DNA of 61,726 nucleotides. Source: a virus. Lineage: Duplodnaviria > Caudoviricetes. The stretch is taken from IMG/VR virus record IMGVR_UViG_3300005611_000023, positions 1-61,726 of that record; one strand, 5' to 3'. The notes under the pieces were generated by a model, which was given only the letters and a program-made list of their open reading frames with translations, had not been told where the DNA came from and ran no database searches. Within the stretch, counting starts at the first letter, position 1. Every line of letters starts with the position of its first letter. A program made the position numbers and the translations under genes. Positions 39,308 to 48,472 of this stretch are shown one piece after another.

Positions 39308-39861
39308 GCCCCAACCTCGAAACTTACAACTAAGACAATACGTCTTTTACCTGATTCGTCTGGGAACTCGTTACAGTGGTAGTGCTTCCCATCAAACATA
39401 ATGCACCTGCCGACCATTGGTATAACCCGAAACTTTTCTGTAAGTTCCGCTTGTTCCCGCGTGGGTCGCGCTTCGTCATGCTCTTCCTCAAAGATCACTG
39501 TGTCTCCACCTTCTTCAGTAAAGTACACAAGCATTACGCCGTGGTCTTCAAAATGATCCACATGCGGTAGCGTGGGTAGGTTGTCGTATGCACCAATGGT
39601 CATGTTAAAAGCGGCCCGTAATATTGAGCCACGTTTCACGTTTATGGCTTGGCAAAAAGCCGTAAGCATGGCGTCCACATTGGGGTATGTAGGCGAGTCT
39701 GGGGTTTCCCGTTCTCTACTTTTAACACCATGAACCATTACTGGATGACGCTCGCTAGTAGAGCCATCCAAGTAATACCAAGGAAATCGGTCACTGACCA
39801 CCGCGCGGTACATGTCGTCAAACAGCTCAGGTGCTATCTTCTTCATGTTGCGTTTAATCAC
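39304..39861 (-). CDS. 2OG-Fe(II) oxygenase
   Basis: PHVD...GGDT...FDGKHYH...RRIV facial-triad pattern. Confidence 0.8.
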   Translation of the reverse strand: MIKRNMKKIAPELFDDMYRAVVSDRFPWYYLDGSTSERHPVMVHGVKSRERETPDSPTYPNVDAMLTAFCQAINVKRGSILRAAFNMTIGAYDNLPTLPHVDHFEDHGVMLVYFTEEGGDTVIFEEEHDEARPTREQAELTEKFRVIPMVGRCIMFDGKHYHCNEFPDESGKRRIVLVVSFEVGA

Positions 39862-40295
39862 TTTAGCTTCTCCAACCGCTTGATCTCGGCCTCTGCATAG
39901 AACTTAATTTTCTTCGCATCGCGTAGCATATCACTGTGGGACACTTCCCCATAACGGTAACATGCACGAAATATTTCACCGATCTGCGCGTTCATGTTCT
40001 TGTGCGAGATCAGGTCTTGCAGTTCTTCCGCGCCCTTCGGTATCACGTAATACTTAGCAGTGCTTCCGTCTGATATGACTTTATCTATAATCTCTGGGGT
40101 CAGTGCACCTGTTGGCTTAGCTCCATCCCTCTGAAGTTTACGTACCTCTTTCATATCGGTGACTACTTGTCCGTTTCGGAGTATTTTGTAGGCATAGCCG
40201 TACGTGGTTCCCGTAGCTTTTGCTATCTCTGCGAATGATGCAGATGGGTGCTTTCCAGCATAAGCCAGTACTTTTTTCGCTTTAGTCGTTTTCAT
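39858..40295 (-). CDS. N-terminal HTH plus DUF3310-like domain
   Basis: SFAEIAKATGTTYGYAY; KYY...IGEIFRACYRYG...DAKKIKFY. Confidence 0.5.
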   Translation of the reverse strand: MKTTKAKKVLAYAGKHPSASFAEIAKATGTTYGYAYKILRNGQVVTDMKEVRKLQRDGAKPTGALTPEIIDKVISDGSTAKYYVIPKGAEELQDLISHKNMNAQIGEIFRACYRYGEVSHSDMLRDAKKIKFYAEAEIKRLEKLK

Positions 40296-41047
40296 TTCAG
40301 GTTACCTCCCGATTTTAATATGTCTCCGCCGTACACATACGTGCCGACGTGCTCTAGTTTTATGAAGGGGTTCGCGTAGATTTTCCCTCCATGTTTTCTC
40401 CACAACTCACAGAAATGGTAGTCCTCTGATAACAAAGCACCTGTGTCATCAATGCTCGTTGCGAAAAATTCGTGCGTCAGTGGCTTCACGTACTCATCGG
40501 TCTCTGGATCTTTGAAAGACGAGGTGCGGTACGTAGGTACGTGCTCCTGCAACCTTTCAAATACTCTGCGATGTATAAGCATGAACCCTGTCCCGCCATG
40601 ACGGACTTCAATCATCCCGTCTTCATCTGTCTCTTGATGCGCCCCGTCCATATTGAACACGAAAGCACCGCTGTAATTCGCTAACTCACTTTTTTTATTT
40701 TGAGCGGCCTCCTCAACTTTTGCCCAGTCGATCTCCTTTTTAGGGTAGATACCGCAGGCTATATCCCGATCCGCCGCCATCAACATTGCTACGTCCTGTC
40801 CAGTGAAGTGGATGTCAGCGTCGATAAACATGAGGTAGTCGTAGTCTGTGGCTAAGAACATACGAGTAAGCTCGTTGCGGGCGCGAGTGATAAGGCTTTC
40901 GTTCATCATCTGTGCCCAGTAGACCTGCACGCCTACGGATTGCATCTTAGCGATTGTGCCTAGTAGCCCACTTACATAGTGCCCAGTACACATACCGCCG
41001 TACATCGGCGTTGCGATCATTAGTTTCGGGCGTTCTACTTCGGTCAT
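40292..41047 (-). CDS. GT-A fold glycosyltransferase
   Basis: IATPMYGG, ITRARN, FIDAD (DxD), GTGFMLI, SEDYHFC. Confidence 0.8.
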   Translation of the reverse strand: MTEVERPKLMIATPMYGGMCTGHYVSGLLGTIAKMQSVGVQVYWAQMMNESLITRARNELTRMFLATDYDYLMFIDADIHFTGQDVAMLMAADRDIACGIYPKKEIDWAKVEEAAQNKKSELANYSGAFVFNMDGAHQETDEDGMIEVRHGGTGFMLIHRRVFERLQEHVPTYRTSSFKDPETDEYVKPLTHEFFATSIDDTGALLSEDYHFCELWRKHGGKIYANPFIKLEHVGTYVYGGDILKSGGNLK

Positions 41048-41697
41048 ACAACTTTCCTTATGGCATATTGGTATCCAACATGTAGAAGCTGAGCTTCTTC
41101 ACCGAATATATTAGTAAACGCATCGACAGCGATCTTTGGCCTATGCAGAGCATCACGTGGGTTACCCCACCCATAGTCGTCAAAGACCATCACACCGTTT
41201 GGATTCAATACTTTCCAAGCTAGCACTGCGTCAGTAAGCACATCGGGGGCTTTGTGCGACCCGTCTATATAAATGAAGTTGTACATCGTAGTCGGCCATT
41301 TGGTAGGGAGGCGAATAATCTCACTCATCTTATCTCCCAAGAACTCAGCAGAAGGCCACTTGTTCTTATAGACCCTGCGGTTATTAACGTGCTTACCATC
41401 CGCGAAATACTTCTCGCGTACGTTAGCGATATTTCTGTCGAACCGTGCTTCAACACCTGCCATGACTTCTGGACTGTGTTCTTCACCGCCCTCCCATGTG
41501 TCTACGCAGTCGATCCACCCACCGTCCCGTAGCATGTTCTCGACCATCCACACTGTGCCACACCCTTCAAAAGACCCTATCTCTAAGAAGTTTGTCCGGT
41601 CTGGCAGGATTGGAGTTATTTGGTTAAGTAGCTCCGGTGCCCAACTAAACCAATCTTGTGTGAACTCGTAGTCTGTTACTTGCTCTTCTGTGTCCAT
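41044..41697 (-). CDS. Class I SAM-dependent methyltransferase (Methyltransf_24-like)
   Basis: LEIGSFEG, VDTW, IYIDGSH, GVMVFDDY. Confidence 0.85.
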   Translation of the reverse strand: MDTEEQVTDYEFTQDWFSWAPELLNQITPILPDRTNFLEIGSFEGCGTVWMVENMLRDGGWIDCVDTWEGGEEHSPEVMAGVEARFDRNIANVREKYFADGKHVNNRRVYKNKWPSAEFLGDKMSEIIRLPTKWPTTMYNFIYIDGSHKAPDVLTDAVLAWKVLNPNGVMVFDDYGWGNPRDALHRPKIAVDAFTNIFGEEAQLLHVGYQYAIRKVV

Positions 41698-41912
41698 TTA
41701 GTGATTTCCTCTTCTAGGTTTCTATCTACTATGTATCCCTTCAATGCGGGCTTCATTAGGCTTTCGCCTCTTTGCTTGTATGATTTAGCCTTGACCTCGT
41801 CATCTAACATTTCGTATTCCTCTGCGAGGAATAAGTACCACTTTGCGGCACTCTCGATTGTGATCCCCATGCTTTCCATGAGATCACGTTCTACGTGTGG
41901 CAACTTACTCAT
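41676..41912 (-). CDS. Hypothetical protein
   Basis: 78-aa ORF with GAGG RBS. Confidence 0.6.
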   Translation of the reverse strand: MSKLPHVERDLMESMGITIESAAKWYLFLAEEYEMLDDEVKAKSYKQRGESLMKPALKGYIVDRNLEEEITKWTQKSK

Positions 41913-42084
41913 AGATATGCCTCTGACTTGTGTCCCACTTCATGCCTGTCCATATCTCAAGCACCTCGTGGGGCTTCAGTTCAAACTTCTCACCTATCTG
42001 CTTATACGTAAGGTCTGTCTTACCAGCGGACTTTTCTTCGCAAAGGGCTTTGATGAACCCCTTATCTTCTTCACTCAACAACAT
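41905..42084 (-). CDS. 59-aa HTH protein (not in ORF track)
   Basis: MLLSEEDKGFIKAL...TYKQIGEKFELKPHEVLEIWTGMKW; same pattern as 42071. Confidence 0.6.
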   Translation of the reverse strand: MLLSEEDKGFIKALCEEKSAGKTDLTYKQIGEKFELKPHEVLEIWTGMKWDTSQRHIYE

Positions 42085-42256
42085 TTAAATGACTCCAAAT
42101 TTTATTATTTACGATTTTGCTAACGTTGGTTTTTGATACATCGAACTTCTCAGCGATCACCTGTAGCTTCAAACCTTCCTTATGCAGTTCTCTAATGAGG
42201 ATTACATCTTCAGGATCGAGCTTCCGTGTGTTGTGGTTCTGCCAATAGTTGCTCAT
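42071..42256 (-). CDS. Small HTH protein
   Basis: KLDPEDVILIREL...LQVIAEKFDVSKTNVSKIVNNKIW. Confidence 0.75.
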   Translation of the reverse strand: MSNYWQNHNTRKLDPEDVILIRELHKEGLKLQVIAEKFDVSKTNVSKIVNNKIWSHLNVVE

Positions 42257-44082
42257 TTACAATCTCCATACGAATCACCGACACCTGACTCACAGTCCAA
42301 CGGGAGTTCTGGTGCCCACTTGGGTCGCATCCGCATACACATCTCGACGTATTCACGAGCCGTATCCGCTTCATGCTCGGGTACTACACAGCAGACAGCA
42401 TCATGCACGGTCATAACGACTTGGTACTTCTTTGCTACACGCAACATCTGCTCACCGATTACGATTCTTGCCAGTGCTTGGCAAACGTTTTCCACAACTT
42501 TTCCACCGTAGATTCGGTTGGGTATCGTGGTACGGCCTTTCTTGGTGTCGTATACCAACTCTTCGCGGCCATCTTCTGTATTGACTTGGCGGCGTAGGTT
42601 TGGATACTTGATGTAGAACCCGTTAGGGAGACGGATACCGTGTTTTCCCTCCACGGTTAAAGCTAGCCCTCTCCCTAGCGGGGACGTTGCACCTTGCTCG
42701 ATAGCACGTAGCGCATCACCTGCGGCACGCCAAAGCAAAGGAATACGTGGGTATGTCTCTCGATATACTCTGATAATCCGATTACATTCGTCTTGTGATA
42801 AGTCTACGCCAAAGGTTTTTAACTGCGCTCTGAACTTGGCCGCACCCATGCCATATCCTGCACCAAGGATTGTTGTCTTCCCGACAAACCGTTCGTCCTT
42901 CGTGATCTCCTCCACTTCCTTGCCGTAAATAGCGGAAGCCATAATCTTGTATACGTCTTCGCCCTTGTCGAAAGCGTCTACGAGATCGTCTTGCTCTGCT
43001 AGCCATGCGAGCGTCCTTGCTTCAATTTGAGAAGAGTCCGAGTCGATAATCTTGTAACCGACCGGAGCTTCCATTGCCTGTTTGATTGCGGATGTGCGTG
43101 GTAGATTCTGGAGATTAACTTTATCGTCCCCGCCCCACCTTCCAGTGTGTGCCGCATAATAGCGTAGCGGGATGGGTAGCGTGCCGCGACTCGCAATCTC
43201 AATAAAACGCTGAGTACGTGTCTCTTCAATCGTGGATTTGACGCCAAGTCTAGCACTAACAAGGGCTTGGACGGCTTCGCTCTCATGCTCCAACAACGCC
43301 TTAAAGTCTTCGTCGGCCTTGGCAAAGGCGTACGTTTCTTTTCCCGTCGTAGGGCTAATCTTTGTCGGAGGCTCAACTCCTGCAACTCGTAGTGCATTAG
43401 CGAACTTTTCATTACTCATCAACTCCTCACGGCTCTGAGTAATCAGGCTCATCAACCGTTCTTTGTTCTCTTTAACGTGTTGTAGATGCTCACTGAGTAT
43501 GTATTTGTTTAGCTCAATACAAGGACGAGTAAACATACGTAGAGTAAGATCAATAAGATTAAGCTCGCTAACAGGGAAACTTTTAATAAGAATTTCAAAA
43601 AGCGCATACGTTAAGTCCACATCGTTAATACAGTAGCCAGAATACGCTTCCAGTTGTGCCTTCGGAAAGTCTAAGCGCGTAAGTCCAAGCGCGTTAACCA
43701 CCTCAGTGCCTTTCTTACCTAACCCGTAATACTGGGTCAACGCGGCCAGACTTCCGCCCACCTCGATAGTGTGAAGCGCACGTGCCATGCACAGCGTATC
43801 TGCCATCTTCTTAGGGTGAATATCGAAATGCCACGCCATAATGGCAAAGTCGAACATCCCGTTGTGGGCAAGAGCAATGTTGTCTTCCCACGGGAACTGA
43901 TCTAGCCACTGCTTGGTTTGCGCCTTGGTTCCGCTAAACCATTGAGTTTTTTCGTTATTCTTCTTTACTGCTACGCCAATAACCTCAAAGCGAGGATCAC
44001 GTATGTATTCTTCTGTTGTAAATTTCCTGAGACCGTAGTCCTTCGCGTAATACGTCTCGAAATCAATTGTGTATATATCCAT
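42253..44082 (-). CDS. polA: DNA polymerase family A with 3'-5' exonuclease domain
   Basis: DFET exo I, HNGMFD, NLQNLP, DSSQIEAR (motif A), RFVGKTTILGAGYG (motif B), VHDA (motif C). Confidence 0.95.
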   Translation of the reverse strand: MDIYTIDFETYYAKDYGLRKFTTEEYIRDPRFEVIGVAVKKNNEKTQWFSGTKAQTKQWLDQFPWEDNIALAHNGMFDFAIMAWHFDIHPKKMADTLCMARALHTIEVGGSLAALTQYYGLGKKGTEVVNALGLTRLDFPKAQLEAYSGYCINDVDLTYALFEILIKSFPVSELNLIDLTLRMFTRPCIELNKYILSEHLQHVKENKERLMSLITQSREELMSNEKFANALRVAGVEPPTKISPTTGKETYAFAKADEDFKALLEHESEAVQALVSARLGVKSTIEETRTQRFIEIASRGTLPIPLRYYAAHTGRWGGDDKVNLQNLPRTSAIKQAMEAPVGYKIIDSDSSQIEARTLAWLAEQDDLVDAFDKGEDVYKIMASAIYGKEVEEITKDERFVGKTTILGAGYGMGAAKFRAQLKTFGVDLSQDECNRIIRVYRETYPRIPLLWRAAGDALRAIEQGATSPLGRGLALTVEGKHGIRLPNGFYIKYPNLRRQVNTEDGREELVYDTKKGRTTIPNRIYGGKVVENVCQALARIVIGEQMLRVAKKYQVVMTVHDAVCCVVPEHEADTAREYVEMCMRMRPKWAPELPLDCESGVGDSYGDCK

Positions 44083-44134
44083 CAGTCTTTCCGCTATCTG
44101 CTTCCGCTATTTGCGTTCTTCGGGGTCGGAACTG

Positions 44135-44470
44135 TCATCGGTTACCGCCAAACTTCAGGCCGCCTCTACCGCTAGGAGCATCGACATCGACTTTGCTGTC
44201 ACGTAGTAGCTCGTTCATGATGCGCTGTGTAGTTACATCACCTTGTACTTGCATTAGCTTTTGGAATACTTGGGATACTTCTTCATCGGACAGGAAACCG
44301 AGTTGAAATGACGGCTCACCGCGCACCATAGACTCAGCGCGTTCCATCAACGGTTTGATAACAAAGTCCCAACGTTTATCGGGGTTAAGTTGTATAGTCC
44401 TGAAAGTTAGATCAAACTCTTCAGGATGGCTCTCCATACGAGCCATGAGAATCTCCATGCTCTTGTGCAT
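44135..44470 (-). CDS. Hypothetical protein
   Basis: 111 aa with AGAGG RBS. Confidence 0.65.
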   Translation of the reverse strand: MHKSMEILMARMESHPEEFDLTFRTIQLNPDKRWDFVIKPLMERAESMVRGEPSFQLGFLSDEEVSQVFQKLMQVQGDVTTQRIMNELLRDSKVDVDAPSGRGGLKFGGNR

Positions 44471-44750
44471 ACGTTATTACCTCTAATGTTTCAACGATGT
44501 TGTCTTCGTTGATGACTCTAGTTATGCCTCCCGCGACCCGAATGTCTCGCATCTCTTTTTCTTGTAGTGCGGTTGGCTTGTTATTTCCTGCCTTGCATTC
44601 GATGCCAATAAACACACCGTTACAACAGCAGATTATATCTGGCACACCACTACGTCCGTATCCGTGCGTAGCAGGGAAGAAATAGTACACGCCATGATCC
44701 TTTAGAATCTTAACGACTTTGTCTTTTACTTTCTTCTCAGGTGTAGCCAT
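44421..44750 (-). CDS. VRR-NUC nuclease (Holliday junction resolvase-like)
   Basis: PEKKVK...GVPDII...IECK...PTALQ; start MATPE at 44750. Confidence 0.85.
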   Translation of the reverse strand: MATPEKKVKDKVVKILKDHGVYYFFPATHGYGRSGVPDIICCCNGVFIGIECKAGNNKPTALQEKEMRDIRVAGGITRVINEDNIVETLEVITYAQEHGDSHGSYGEPS

Positions 44751-44835
44751 AGGCCAACGGTAACTATCATCATGGACATTGTCAAACATTTTTTTCGAGG
44801 GGTTGTTACATTGTGACAAGGCTTTGGGCGGGCAC

Positions 44836-44859
44836 AAAAAAGCCCGCACGAGGCGGGCT
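44836..44859 (-). terminator. Rho-independent terminator of early operon
   Basis: AGCCCGC/GCGGGCT stem with minus-strand U-tract; flanked by two palindrome copies. Confidence 0.85.
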
Positions 44860-44888
44860 TCTTCAGGGTTTGTTACATTGTAACAATG

Positions 44889-45053
44889 TCAACGCGTCTG
44901 GGACTCAGCATAATTAGTAAGTACCGTACGCATTATCTTGGAGTAGTTAGGCCACTGTTTATAGTAGGCAAGTACCTCCTCCGGTAGGCGTAAGTTAACT
45001 AGGGGCATAGCGGGTTTGCTAGCCTTACCTCGCCCACGTTTAGGTTGCTCCAT
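44889..45053 (-). CDS. RHH (BrnA-antitoxin-like) DNA-binding protein
   Basis: KRGRGK...VNLRLPEEVLAYYKQ..NYSKIMRTVL. Confidence 0.65.
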   Translation of the reverse strand: MEQPKRGRGKASKPAMPLVNLRLPEEVLAYYKQWPNYSKIMRTVLTNYAESQTR

Positions 45054-45922
45054 CAATCTGCCTCCGTAAAATTGCATACGTAAAACTTGTTTTCATCTCG
45101 ACGGTAGCCGACGTTAATTAAGTAGTTGTCGTTCTCTAGTAACTTCAACATACCGACTTTGCGTTTTAGCGAGGCGGGAAGTGTAGCACTTTCGCACGTG
45201 AAGAACTGGCCTTTGTCGCTTTGCACGGCGTATGTGTTCCCATGAATTAGAACCACTGCTCCATCCTTTTGATTGTGACACTCTGTTACTCCTTGTTTAA
45301 TTCTCATTGTCTCCCAAGCGTCTTGGATTCTTGGCAGTTTCGTTGGGGGCATACCCATGCGTATGGCTTCTTTACTAAGCTCATCGAACTTATTCATCAT
45401 GTATTCCGAAAGAAACTCCATCATTTCTATGTATGGTCTGCGCCAGTCACTAAGTGACTCATGCCCCGCCCGTAGTAGTTGCCCTTCAATCAACGAATGT
45501 GCTTCATTGACTAACTCCTTCAAGTCCTTTGGCCTGAAGTTTTTCAGCACGAGCTTACGGGCGTTTTCTGACTTCACAGTTTTCTTCGAGTAACCACGTT
45601 CACACTTATTTGCGATGCGCTCGTTCTCAATAGCGTAGCAGGGCTTATTGCCGTAATAGTCACGGGTCAACTTACCAAGCCATTCACCTTTAGCGGTAAT
45701 ATTCCAACGCCACGGTACGAATTGTTCAGTGCCAACTGCACCCGCGCCTCTTAGGTGACTACCAGAGAATTTCCATGTGGGGAACTTGTCCGCGAGCCAC
45801 AGGATCACCGGCTCCCAAAACTGACCGACAGAGATACTTTCCTCGGTCACTGCGCTCGCTGTATGGAACTCGATGACCACGTTGTCGCGCCCGTTCATCA
45901 ACACTTGTTTTGTTTCTGACAT
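45053..45922 (-). CDS. Hypothetical early protein
   Basis: About 289 aa; TGATG coupling to the downstream gene. Confidence 0.75.
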   Translation of the reverse strand: MSETKQVLMNGRDNVVIEFHTASAVTEESISVGQFWEPVILWLADKFPTWKFSGSHLRGAGAVGTEQFVPWRWNITAKGEWLGKLTRDYYGNKPCYAIENERIANKCERGYSKKTVKSENARKLVLKNFRPKDLKELVNEAHSLIEGQLLRAGHESLSDWRRPYIEMMEFLSEYMMNKFDELSKEAIRMGMPPTKLPRIQDAWETMRIKQGVTECHNQKDGAVVLIHGNTYAVQSDKGQFFTCESATLPASLKRKVGMLKLLENDNYLINVGYRRDENKFYVCNFTEAD

Positions 45923-45927
45923 ACTGC

Positions 45928-46779
45928 TCACCACTCAAACTGATTTAAGACGCTATCCACTTTTGACTTTAGCTCGCCCCGGGCGTACTCGGAGTCTTTG
46001 ATTACGTCTACGTCAGTAGCCATAAGAGCCGTTTCGAGCTGCCGTCTAGCTGACTCTAAGTCTGGATCGTTGTTCACGTTCAAGTGACTGAGTAGTCCGC
46101 ACAAGTCCTGCGCGTTGGTGATGAACGTATCGTGGAACCTGCGTTTCTTCTCGTCTGGTGCATCGGTCAGCTTCTCGCTCATGCCCATGAGTGTCTTGTG
46201 CAACCGTCCCCATGCGTCCTGCATTGCATCGTTGACCCGTGTGTTGAAGTCAGCTTCGTACTGCTCGCGTAGCTCGTTGAGTTCCTCGCTTGCTACGTCA
46301 AGCGCAAAGTGTCCTGAGTCAGGCACGGGGCTGAACGTGTAGCGGTACGCAAACTTATGAGCGACTTCCTCCACGTGTGGGTAGTCGTTAGCGTTGAACA
46401 GCGAACCCAAGTAGTTCTGACTGATCTGCACCAGTTGTGGATAATCTATTAGGAACTGCGAGACCATTGAATCGAACTTGGCCTTGCGATCATTAAGCTC
46501 CTGCTTGTACTCCATGAACATACTCGTCGGTAGCATACGCGCACCGCTGTTTGCCCACGGTAACGTTTTAACGTTGTGCCATAAGCGACAACCTGCCGCG
46601 AAATCGGCAATCTCTTTCCGTTGACTTGAACCTGCCATCAGGTTCTTACGAACTTGGGCGGCTTTATCTGCCGCACAGTTTTGGGTTATCACTACGTCAG
46701 TAGCGTTCTTGTCCAGTTTGTTTGCAGTCCAAACTGAGATGTTGTGCTCAACGAGCAATGCTCTTGCTGTAATAGACAT
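45928..46779 (-). CDS. Helical protein accompanying AAA+/vWA pair (DUF3150-like)
   Basis: 283 aa; TLPW..GARMLP, LFNANDYP, LNVNNDPDL. Confidence 0.6.
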   Translation of the reverse strand: MSITARALLVEHNISVWTANKLDKNATDVVITQNCAADKAAQVRKNLMAGSSQRKEIADFAAGCRLWHNVKTLPWANSGARMLPTSMFMEYKQELNDRKAKFDSMVSQFLIDYPQLVQISQNYLGSLFNANDYPHVEEVAHKFAYRYTFSPVPDSGHFALDVASEELNELREQYEADFNTRVNDAMQDAWGRLHKTLMGMSEKLTDAPDEKKRRFHDTFITNAQDLCGLLSHLNVNNDPDLESARRQLETALMATDVDVIKDSEYARGELKSKVDSVLNQFEW

Positions 46780-46802
46780 TGTAGTTACCTCTAGTTATGT
46801 CG

Positions 46803-47006
46803 TTACAATGTAACGTTGTTGTCAGTTTTAATTACTTTGTGTTTGATCGCTACGCGATCCCCTAGGTCGATGACCTCTGCGCGTCCCGCACCCACTTCAA
46901 TAAGCAGATGAACAGCACTACGTAGTTTGTACTTGTACTTGTACATAGACGCTACAAGTAACACGTTAGCCGCTAGCGACAGCGACAGTCCTACCTCCAT
47001 ACTCAT
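46803..47006 (-). CDS. Small N-terminally membrane-anchored protein
   Basis: 67 aa, hydrophobic N-terminus, AAGGAG RBS. Confidence 0.6.
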   Translation of the reverse strand: MSMEVGLSLSLAANVLLVASMYKYKYKLRSAVHLLIEVGAGRAEVIDLGDRVAIKHKVIKTDNNVTL

Positions 47007-47252
47007 TTATCTCTCCTTCGGTTTACCGGCCAATTTGGCCATGTTGTATTGGCGATCCGTCAGCATCTTCATCTGGATCGGTTCACCCAACTCGTCTTGG
47101 TCGTACACGTGGTACGTAGTCGTACGGTCGTCACCGTACCCGTTGCGCTTCTCCTCGTGGATCTCTGCGTCACGTATCGTGTCCCAGATAATCTGCGCTT
47201 GGTCGGCATTAAGCACGTATGACTTGTACCCAACTTCAAATAAGAATCTCAT
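47007..47252 (-). CDS. Hypothetical protein
   Basis: 81-aa ORF coupled to neighbours. Confidence 0.65.
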   Translation of the reverse strand: MRFLFEVGYKSYVLNADQAQIIWDTIRDAEIHEEKRNGYGDDRTTTYHVYDQDELGEPIQMKMLTDRQYNMAKLAGKPKER

Positions 47253-48472
47253 TCTATTCCGTCCTTTATGTTTACTGACTTACCCACAGGCGCAGTTTTG
47301 TCCGATGTGATAACCCACAGTATCGGCTTCGCCCACTCATTACCCCAGTCATATATGTAGCCATCGGTCAGCATGATGATGCAGTCGGGGTCGATGTTGT
47401 TGTCCTTCATGTACCCATGCACGCACGTTGGGTCAGTCCCACCGCCACCTCTCGGTTTGGTTGAGTCTGCTAGCGTAGGCAGAGTCGCTGAGTCGTACTG
47501 CTCATGACTTGCGACTTCGTGATCCCAGTAGATTAGATCCACCTTCTCGGGGTTCACCATCTCGGCAATGCCTTTGACTTCGGACAGAAACACACCGATC
47601 TCCTGCTGACCAATCGAACCTGATGTGTCTACGCCTACCACGATATGTCCAACACGTTCGCCAATGAGCGAGGGCATATACATATCCATACTCAGGTAGC
47701 GTCTGTTCAGTCTGCGCCAACTGCTTGCGTCTTTCGCATTACAGGTAGCGTTGACGAACTCGCGTAGCACTTCGCGCCAATCCACTTGCGGTTCAAGCAG
47801 ATCACCAAGCTCACGGGGCATATCACCCGCACCTTTACCGGCTAGCTTCTGTGCAGTCATCTGGCCTTGGCGTAACGCCTGATCCACCTCGCGCTCTAGC
47901 TCTTTGACTTCCTCTTGGGTTAGCTCCTGCGCTCCGTCCCAATCGTGTTCGTCAAAGCCACCGGACTCACCTTCGCTGTCTTCGGACTGTCCCTTACCTT
48001 GTTCTTGCTCCTGCTTTAGTAGCTCGAAGATTTGTTTGGTGTTAAGACCATCGTACTGTGTATCCAACAGCCCATAGATCTTGCCGTCCTTGCGAGGTAT
48101 CGCAATGGTCTGCTCTTGTGGGTCTGTCTTGTGCAGTATGAGGTTAATCACATAGTCACAAGCCATGTTCGCTAACCGTGCGTCCTCCTCGTGTAGCTTC
48201 TTCCAGATAATCAAGTGACGAAACGCTTTGTGCAGATTCTCGTGTAGCACAACAAACATAAGCTCCTTGTCGGATAGTCCGTCAACAAACTCAGTGCCGT
48301 ATATCTCGTCACGCCCATTGGTGCAGGCAGTTGGAAACCCATCGCGCACCTCGGTCTTGCCAACCATCATGATGCCTGACCAGAGCGCGAACTCTGGCTT
48401 ACGCATCAACGTGATCTTGGCCTTCTTGACCCGTCTCTCGATCTTGGCCTTGTTACAATGTAACGTCGTCAT
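47249..48472 (-). CDS. Metallopeptidase-vWA protein (DUF2201-like)
   Basis: TACTNG, LHENLH (HExxH), NMACDYVIN, VDTSGS MIDAS, GGGGT, LTDG. Confidence 0.85.
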   Translation of the reverse strand: MTTLHCNKAKIERRVKKAKITLMRKPEFALWSGIMMVGKTEVRDGFPTACTNGRDEIYGTEFVDGLSDKELMFVVLHENLHKAFRHLIIWKKLHEEDARLANMACDYVINLILHKTDPQEQTIAIPRKDGKIYGLLDTQYDGLNTKQIFELLKQEQEQGKGQSEDSEGESGGFDEHDWDGAQELTQEEVKELEREVDQALRQGQMTAQKLAGKGAGDMPRELGDLLEPQVDWREVLREFVNATCNAKDASSWRRLNRRYLSMDMYMPSLIGERVGHIVVGVDTSGSIGQQEIGVFLSEVKGIAEMVNPEKVDLIYWDHEVASHEQYDSATLPTLADSTKPRGGGGTDPTCVHGYMKDNNIDPDCIIMLTDGYIYDWGNEWAKPILWVITSDKTAPVGKSVNIKDGIE

